Part shown: piece by piece, positions 57,390 through 64,000 of the stretch
Layout: each line of letters opens with the position of its first letter
Numbering within the stretch: the stretch's first letter is position 1
NCBI GenBank assembly: GCA_031373525.1
Contig: JANMMS010000092.1
Location: forward strand, 4,542 to 68,541
From: Ferruginibacter sp.
GTDB taxonomy: Bacteria > Bacteroidota > Bacteroidia > Chitinophagales > Chitinophagaceae
DNA length: 64,000 nt
Direction of reading: 5' to 3'
Notes under the pieces: generated by a model
The model's database searches: none
Seen by the model: the letters and a program-made list of their open reading frames with translations, nothing else
Told to the model about the DNA's origin: nothing
Translations under genes and position numbers: made by a program

Positions 57390-60300
57390 ATGGAAAATAA
57401 TTTTATGAATCACTTATTTTTACTTTTATTCAAAAAGATCCCACTTAATAAACTGAGTGTTCATTTTTACTTACGCTGTTTACTTTTTATTAACTTGTTA
57501 TGTTTAAATAACGGATCAAAAGCGCAACTGGTTTCAACTTATTATACCTGGACTCAATCTTTTCAAACCTACAATGCAGGGATATCTGCTGCATCTGTAA
57601 CTCCATCAGATATATTCTCAACTTCGTGGGATGATAATACATATACAGGCTATTTATTGCCATTTAATTTTACTTATAGGGGAGTACTTTACTCAGCCGG
57701 TGTTTCTGTATTGGGAATTGATACCGATGGATGGGCTGCTTTTAATTTAACAGCTCCAATGACAATGACCGGCTCAGGAGCTGGTGGATCCTGGGTTTCT
57801 TTCAGTAATTCAACGGGTGTATACCTGAACGGTACTGCCAATAATCAGGGTTTTTGTGCCTTTAACAGCGACCTGCAGGAACAAACATTTGCAACAATAA
57901 CCGGGAATACTGCCAGTGGTTCTCCAACCATTTCTGCTGTTTCAGATTTTAATAATATCAGGGTAGGTACAAGGCTGAGCGGAACAGGTATAACCAATGG
58001 TACCGTTGTAAATTCAATAAACCTGGTTAATTCAACCATAACCATGAGTGGCAATGCAACAGTAACTGGTTCAGCAGTAATTATAACTCCACGAACCGGT
58101 TTGTATGCTTTTATGCGGGGTATAGCTCCTTACAGGCAGTTTGTTGTACAATGGACCCGTGCTACCAGGTTTAATGCTGCCGGAGATGATTTTAGTTTCC
58201 AATTGGTATTAAATGAAGGTGGTGGTAACCCTGCTTATCAGACCTTACAGGCTGTTTATGGAGTATGTAAAGCTACTAATTTAACTGTTCAGAATGCACA
58301 GGTTGGATTACGCGGAGCAACCGCTGCAGATTTCAATGCACGTAAAACAACAACAGATTGGTCGGCAACAACTGCCGCAACCGTAAATACGGAAGTGTGT
58401 ACACTTACACCATCCGTATTTCCTGTAGACGGATTAACTTATACATGGTCACCGGCTTGTCTGGCTGTAGCTTCCAATGCAGGTGCAATTAGCGGTCCTG
58501 CAAATGTCTGCCCGGGTACAAGTGTTGATTATTCCATAGCCGGAGTACCAGGCGCTACATTTTATACCTGGACATACACGGGTTCGGGAACAACCCTTTC
58601 AGGTACAACCACTTTACCTCTCAATACATTGATCTTTGGAATGGCAGCTACCGGTGGTACACTAACGGTAACGCCTGCCAATCTTTGCGGCAACGGAACA
58701 GCTTCTTCTTTTATAATCACAACAAGCGGATTACCAACTGCAACGATCTCTTACCCTGCATCAACTTATTGTACAAGCGCTTCGCCAGTTTCTGTAACGC
58801 AGACGGGTACTGCGGGTGGTATATATACAACCATTCCTTCTACCGGCCTCACTATCAATGCATCTTCAGGGCAAATTACTCCTTCAACAAGTAGTGCAGG
58901 TACCTATGTTGTCACTTATACGTTCACCAGTGGCTGCACCAATACGTCCACAACTTCTGTCTCGATTAATTCACCCGGAGTTTTAACAGCTTCGGCAACA
59001 CCTTCAGTTGTATGTTCTGGTGGCAGTGCTCAATTACAGGCTGGTAACCCTTCTGCAGGAAATTATTCTGTCAGCAGCATTGCATATTCAAGCCTGGTGC
59101 CTTCCGGTAGCCCAACAGTTCTATGGAATTCTTACCAGCTTGATAATATTTCAGCAGCGATTCCTTTACCATTTCCATTTAGTTTTTATGGGTTACCCAT
59201 CACCCAGTTTTTTGTTTCAACGGAAGGGTATGTGCAACTTCAAACAAGTACCGCAGTAGCATGGACACCACAATCACTTCCAGATGTGACCATTCCAAAT
59301 AATATCATTGCTCTGGCATGGGCCGATCTCGTTTTGGATCCTTCAACCAATCCCGGATCAAGTATCCGTTATTTTGTAAATGGAACAACTCCTAACAGGA
59401 TACAGGTAATTGAATATATTAATCTCCGTTTTCTGGTTGGTACAGGAGCGCAAAATGTAACCGGTCAGATACGGATGTACGAAAATGATAATCATATAGA
59501 AGTTGCTGCAGGAGCTGTAAATGACAATGGCGATGCTTGGTCAAAGACACTGGGTATTGAAAACAGTACCGGCGCTACTGCCTTAACACCTGCAGGCCGA
59601 AACAATGTTGTGTGGAATACCAGTTTAGAAGCCTGGGCATTTTATCCTGCTTCCGGTACGAATACTTATGCATGGAGCCCTGCAACTTTCCTTAGCAGTA
59701 CCAGTATCAGCAACCCGGTGGCAACTGGCGTTACTGCTACAACTAATTATACAGTTACCGTGACCAATACATCGAATGGGTGTTCGGTAACAGCTACTGT
59801 TCCGGTAACCGTTTCAGCTCCTTTGAACGGAACATATACTGTTGGTGCAGCAGGTAATTACCCAACACTAACGGCGGCGATTAATGCATATAACAATCTT
59901 TGTATTGCCGGTCCGGTTATATTTTCACTAATTGATAATACATATCCATCAGAGACCTTTCCCATTGTAATTAACAGTAATTCTTATGCGAGTGCTGTTA
60001 ATACACTTACGATCAAACCGGCAATTACAAAATCTCCAATAATTACCGGTAACAGCACGGTTGCAATTTTCAAGTTAAATGGCGCTGATTATGTAACAAT
60101 AGATGGATCAAATGCAGTTGGAGGTACCACAAAAGACCTTTCAATAATTAATAGCAGCACTGATAATCTCACAAGTACCGTTATTTGGCTGAATAGTGTA
60201 AATGCGTCAAATGGGTCAACCAATAATACTATTAAGAATAGTGTCATAACAGGAAATGCACCAACAACAACTTTTACAGCTGTGATATCTAGCGGTATGT

Positions 60301-63300
60301 CTGTTGGGACAAATGCAGAAGCAGCAAATAATAATAATACTTACCAGAATAATTTAATAACAAAATGTCAGACTGCTATTGCAGTTGTCGGTCCCTTGAC
60401 AAGTGAATCAAATAATATTATTTCGGGGAATACAATTGGCTCTGTATCAGCTGGCAATAAATTAAGTTGGTCAGGAATAGAATTGTATTATCAGGGGAAT
60501 AGCCAGGTTTTTGATAATAATATTTTTGGAATTGTTTCAGCAAATGACTTAACTGCATCTGGAATATCTATATATGGTAATGCTTCAGGTATAAATATAT
60601 ATCGTAACAAAATATCTGATATAAAAAATACATATCTGGATATATTTAGTTTTGGATATGGATCAAATGGTATTTACCTCGGATCATCTTCTTTATCCGC
60701 TAACATAAATGTATTTAATAACTTTATTTTTGACGTAGCCAGCTATGGCGATAATGGTGCCAGGGATGTTGATTATAATGGCTACGGAATTATTATTGAT
60801 CTCGGCGGAGGTTATAATATTTATCACAATACGGTATTGTTGAATACAAACCAATCGCGTACTGGATTTCCGGCTTGTCTAAATGTAACTTCATTTGTTA
60901 CAACAACAGCCAGTATCAATATTAAGAATAATATTTTCACCAATACTCAAACGAATAGTGGTCAACGTTATGCAATACAATCAAGTGCTGTTAATACTGT
61001 ATTTGGAACAATAGATTACAATTGTTATAATACTGCAGGAGCCAATTTGGGATATATCGGATCAAACCGTGCAACGCTAGCAAATATTCAGGCAGGATTC
61101 GGTCAGAATATTAATTCATTACAACCTGCAACTGCACCGGTTTTTGTGAGTGCAACAGATCTGCATATAAATGCATCCAATGCAACCAATATCGCCAATC
61201 TTGATAATAGGGGTAATCCCATTGCTACTATAACAACAGATTATGATCTTCAGACACGTAACGGACTAACACCAGACATGGGAGCAGATGAGTGGGTAAA
61301 GCCAAATTACGGTTCATGGGTTGGTAAAACCAATATTGATTGGCTGGTGGCTACCAATTGGGAAGCAAATTATGTTCCCGATCTTACTACAGACGTTTTC
61401 ATAACTGGTGGATATACATTTATGCCTACTATTATATCAACCCAGGCTATCCGGAATTTGAGTTTATCTGCTCCAGGCACACCTCCTTTACTAACTTTAA
61501 ATGCAGGTACATTACAGGTGTATGGCACCATAACCCGAACCGGTGGAACGATAAACGGTTCAAATGGTACCATGGAAATGAAGGGTAGTGCAGCACAAAC
61601 AATTCCTGCAAACCTTTTCCAAACCAATAATTTAAAGAACCTTGTAATAAGTAATACGGATGCAGTAAGCGGAGTAACGCTGGCGGGCACACTGGATATT
61701 TACCGTTCACTCTCTTTTGGAACAGGTGGCAGAAGACTGGCAACCGGTGGGTTCCTTACTTTTAAATCAACTGCAACGGAAACGGCATGGCTTGGACAAA
61801 TGCTTGGTACAAATGTAATGGTTGGAGACGCAACCATCGAGCGATATATTCCATTGCATACTAAAGCATGGCAATTCCTGGCAACACCCATCACTGCTGC
61901 CAGTACACAAACAGTAAAACAGGCCTGGCAAGAGGGAGCAGCTACTGCAAATGCCAATCCTGTTCCGGGTTATGGAACCATGCTTACCAGTAACAGGGCG
62001 GGAGCAGCCAGTCAACCTACTCCAGGCTTTGATGTTTATACTGCAGCGGGTCCTTCCATAAAAACATATAAAACAGGTGGCGGTTATACCGGACTAAACC
62101 GCACAGATACAGCCATTTCTAATCCTAAAGGATACATGGTCTTTGTCAGGGGCGACCGAAGTGTTATTACAACCGGAGCAGCAGCAACTGCAACGGTTAT
62201 GCGTACAAAGGGCACATTGCATACGCCTGCGATTCCTCCCGTTACGATCAATATACCCGCACCTGGTTTTGCATCCGTAGGTAATCCATATGCTTCAGCT
62301 ATCAATTACCGGTTACTGGTTCCAACAGGAGGTGTTCAGACTGACTTCTTTTATTTATGGGATCCGAAACTTACTACCACTGGAATCAACAGTGCCTGGG
62401 GATTAGGTGGTTTCCAGACTTTTTCATGGAATATCGGTACCGGTGTTTTTGATGTAACACCCGGTGGAGGAAGTTATAGCGGTACCAACAGGTTAATTGA
62501 ATCAGGGCAGGCATTTTTCATAAATGCACCATTTGCAGCAGGTACATTGCCATTTACTGAAGCCTGTAAGGTGAGCGGAAGTTATAGTGTTAACAGAGTG
62601 CCGGTTGTTAACAGCAGTCAACTACGTACAAACCTGAACGTTATTTCCGGAAATGACAGGATATTACTGGATGGTAACTTAATTCAATATTACCGAGGCT
62701 ATTCCAATAAAGTAGATTTGAAGGATGGAATTAAGATCAATAATGCCGGGGAAAACCTGGGCCTTTCAAGAGATGGTAAGGAATTGTCTGTAGAAAGAAG
62801 AAATCCGATAGTAAAAAGAGATACTGTATTTTATCATCTTGGTCAAATGCGTTTACAGGTGTATGAATTGGAGTTCATTCCTGATGGTTTACAGGAACCA
62901 GGTTTATCAGCATGGCTGGAAGATAATTACCAGCATACCAGTACGCAGGTAAGCCTCAGCGATACCAGCAGGATACTGTTTACGGTTGATCATGATCCTG
63001 CATCTGCTTTGCCTGACCGTTTCCGCCTGGTATTTATTCAAAATAAACGCAATGAAACATCAATTTTCCAAAAAGAAATAACTAAAACCGGAATGACCTA
63101 TCAGGGAGAAACAGCTGATAAAAATAATCCTAGTGCTGAAACAGCTACGATCAGTGTCTTTCCCAATCCTGTTGTGACAAAATCTTTACAATTAAAATTC
63201 ATCAACCAGCCGGAAGGTGATTATTCTATCAGGCTTATCAATAATATGGGGCAGCAGGTTTTTGCCGGTACAGTAGAACTTGGAAAGAACGATCTGATAA

Positions 63301-63398
63301 AAAATATCCAGCTTGCAGGAATTGTTAGCGGTACGTATCTTTTGCGTATTTCAACCAATGGAATTTATAAAAAAACACTTCAAGTTATTGTATTATAA
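57390..63398 (+). CDS. Giant T9SS-secreted surface protein (beta-helix-like repeats, Ig-like Cys-containing repeats)
   Basis: 2002 aa with a signal peptide and parallel-beta-helix-like repeats (NNTIKNSVITGN..., NNIISGNTIG...). The C-terminal ~600 aa aligns with the 52620 gene. T9SS CTD is VFPNPVVTKSLQLKF...LQVIVL. Confidence 0.85.
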   Translation: MENNFMNHLFLLLFKKIPLNKLSVHFYLRCLLFINLLCLNNGSKAQLVSTYYTWTQSFQTYNAGISAASVTPSDIFSTSWDDNTYTGYLLPFNFTYRGVLYSAGVSVLGIDTDGWAAFNLTAPMTMTGSGAGGSWVSFSNSTGVYLNGTANNQGFCAFNSDLQEQTFATITGNTASGSPTISAVSDFNNIRVGTRLSGTGITNGTVVNSINLVNSTITMSGNATVTGSAVIITPRTGLYAFMRGIAPYRQFVVQWTRATRFNAAGDDFSFQLVLNEGGGNPAYQTLQAVYGVCKATNLTVQNAQVGLRGATAADFNARKTTTDWSATTAATVNTEVCTLTPSVFPVDGLTYTWSPACLAVASNAGAISGPANVCPGTSVDYSIAGVPGATFYTWTYTGSGTTLSGTTTLPLNTLIFGMAATGGTLTVTPANLCGNGTASSFIITTSGLPTATISYPASTYCTSASPVSVTQTGTAGGIYTTIPSTGLTINASSGQITPSTSSAGTYVVTYTFTSGCTNTSTTSVSINSPGVLTASATPSVVCSGGSAQLQAGNPSAGNYSVSSIAYSSLVPSGSPTVLWNSYQLDNISAAIPLPFPFSFYGLPITQFFVSTEGYVQLQTSTAVAWTPQSLPDVTIPNNIIALAWADLVLDPSTNPGSSIRYFVNGTTPNRIQVIEYINLRFLVGTGAQNVTGQIRMYENDNHIEVAAGAVNDNGDAWSKTLGIENSTGATALTPAGRNNVVWNTSLEAWAFYPASGTNTYAWSPATFLSSTSISNPVATGVTATTNYTVTVTNTSNGCSVTATVPVTVSAPLNGTYTVGAAGNYPTLTAAINAYNNLCIAGPVIFSLIDNTYPSETFPIVINSNSYASAVNTLTIKPAITKSPIITGNSTVAIFKLNGADYVTIDGSNAVGGTTKDLSIINSSTDNLTSTVIWLNSVNASNGSTNNTIKNSVITGNAPTTTFTAVISSGMSVGTNAEAANNNNTYQNNLITKCQTAIAVVGPLTSESNNIISGNTIGSVSAGNKLSWSGIELYYQGNSQVFDNNIFGIVSANDLTASGISIYGNASGINIYRNKISDIKNTYLDIFSFGYGSNGIYLGSSSLSANINVFNNFIFDVASYGDNGARDVDYNGYGIIIDLGGGYNIYHNTVLLNTNQSRTGFPACLNVTSFVTTTASINIKNNIFTNTQTNSGQRYAIQSSAVNTVFGTIDYNCYNTAGANLGYIGSNRATLANIQAGFGQNINSLQPATAPVFVSATDLHINASNATNIANLDNRGNPIATITTDYDLQTRNGLTPDMGADEWVKPNYGSWVGKTNIDWLVATNWEANYVPDLTTDVFITGGYTFMPTIISTQAIRNLSLSAPGTPPLLTLNAGTLQVYGTITRTGGTINGSNGTMEMKGSAAQTIPANLFQTNNLKNLVISNTDAVSGVTLAGTLDIYRSLSFGTGGRRLATGGFLTFKSTATETAWLGQMLGTNVMVGDATIERYIPLHTKAWQFLATPITAASTQTVKQAWQEGAATANANPVPGYGTMLTSNRAGAASQPTPGFDVYTAAGPSIKTYKTGGGYTGLNRTDTAISNPKGYMVFVRGDRSVITTGAAATATVMRTKGTLHTPAIPPVTINIPAPGFASVGNPYASAINYRLLVPTGGVQTDFFYLWDPKLTTTGINSAWGLGGFQTFSWNIGTGVFDVTPGGGSYSGTNRLIESGQAFFINAPFAAGTLPFTEACKVSGSYSVNRVPVVNSSQLRTNLNVISGNDRILLDGNLIQYYRGYSNKVDLKDGIKINNAGENLGLSRDGKELSVERRNPIVKRDTVFYHLGQMRLQVYELEFIPDGLQEPGLSAWLEDNYQHTSTQVSLSDTSRILFTVDHDPASALPDRFRLVFIQNKRNETSIFQKEITKTGMTYQGETADKNNPSAETATISVFPNPVVTKSLQLKFINQPEGDYSIRLINNMGQQVFAGTVELGKNDLIKNIQLAGIVSGTYLLRISTNGIYKKTLQVIVL

Positions 63399-63405
63399 AA
63401 CCTAC

Positions 63406-63625
63406 CATCAGTAAAGCCCAACAGGCTTCAACATGAATAGTGCTGAGCGGCCTTTAAGATTTCGATCTGACATCAGTAAAGTCAAACGTGCTTCAACATG
63501 AATAGTGCAGAGCGGCCTTTAAGATTTCGATCTGCTATCAGTAAAGTCAAACGTGCTTCAACATGAATAGTGCTGAGCGGCCTTTAAGATTTCGATCTGC
63601 ATCTGCAAAGCCCAACGGGCTTGAA
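63406..63625. repeat. 65-bp tandem repeat, 3 full copies plus a diverged partial copy
   Basis: Copies at 63406-63470, 63471-63535 and 63536-63600 (catcagtaaagYcNaacRKgcttcaacatgaatagtgcWgagcggcctttaagatttcgatctgM). A partial fourth copy starts at 63601. Confidence 0.9.
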
Positions 63626-63700
63626 TTTGAATAACCCACGGTGAAACGGTGGGTTTTCAAACGGTTGTACTAACTACCCCGGCAGGGGTTGAATGTGATT

Positions 63701-64000
63701 TTACAACAGGTATTTTTCATTGAACTCAATTCCGTTTTCAACTAGCAAATGCTTGAATTCATCATAAAAATTTTCAGATGTATGATGTTCTTTTTGATTT
63801 TTTATATAGTTGATAATCTTGTCTTTTTCCCTGATTGAATAAGTGAATGCACCATATCCATCCTGCCAGCCTTCAAATGTGGGGAACATACCGCTTTCTT
63901 TCATCCAGATGTTGCTGGCTACTTTGATATCTTTTACATAATCGCTCAGGCAAACAGTAGGGTGTAGATCAGACATTATATGGATATGATCTTCAATTCC
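63701..64000 (-). CDS. IS200/RAYT-like Y1 (HUH) transposase, N-terminus outside the window
   Basis: The frame stays open to the window edge (..IEDHIHIMSDLHPT..), giving an HUH motif HIH. GYGAFTYS holds the candidate catalytic Tyr. The C-terminal extension KEHHTSENFYDEFKHLLVENGIEFNEKYLL is as in REP-associated Y1 transposases. Confidence 0.7.
   Translation of the reverse strand, partial: GIEDHIHIMSDLHPTVCLSDYVKDIKVASNIWMKESGMFPTFEGWQDGYGAFTYSIREKDKIINYIKNQKEHHTSENFYDEFKHLLVENGIEFNEKYLL

Noticed and set aside
52620-63398. Diversity-generating retroelement acting on the paralogous surface proteins.
   Set aside because: There is no reverse transcriptase gene and no template/variable repeat pair with adenine-specific mismatches. 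The similarity is ordinary paralogy at protein level.
63406-63625. Possible CRISPR array.
   Set aside because: The 65-bp units are directly adjacent with no spacers, and there are no cas genes in the window.

Overview
Low-GC Bacteroidota-type chromosomal window. The lineage call rests on type IX secretion (T9SS) C-terminal sorting domains, TAnnTTTG -7 promoter boxes and typical Bacteroidota DUF gene sets. 1-34.5 kb is mostly housekeeping: proS (5' partial), truB, SRP RNA, fsa, trpG/trpF, pdxJ, tcdA, ahcY, valS and clpS. It also holds an Omp85-family protein, a LolE-like permease, a DUF5103 T9SS-plug-like protein, an S9 peptidase, and a conserved uncharacterised RDD / SpoIIM-like / DUF4129 / DUF4350 / MoxR / DUF58 cluster. 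34.6-50.1 kb is the most interesting part: a 15.5-kb element inserted in the 3' half of tRNA-Val(TAC), bounded by an exact 43-bp direct repeat. It carries a tyrosine integrase, an excisionase-like HTH protein, a Toprim+SF3 primase-helicase followed directly by an iteron block, and about 10 unknown ORFs. It also has a tape-measure-like giant protein, an S49 (prohead-protease-like) peptidase and a GC-rich ORF-free island. I could not recognise any capsid, portal, terminase or relaxase gene. This architecture resembles a phage satellite (PICI/P4-like), but that is inference only. 50.4-63.4 kb holds DoxX and three tandem paralogous T9SS-secreted surface proteins (361, 1489 and 2002 aa). A 65-bp tandem repeat array and a 5'-truncated IS200/RAYT-like Y1 transposase gene follow at the window edge. 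Throughout the window, gene boundaries carry short-period (7-8 bp) tandem word repeats and dispersed gene-end elements. One related palindromic repeat sits in frame inside valS.
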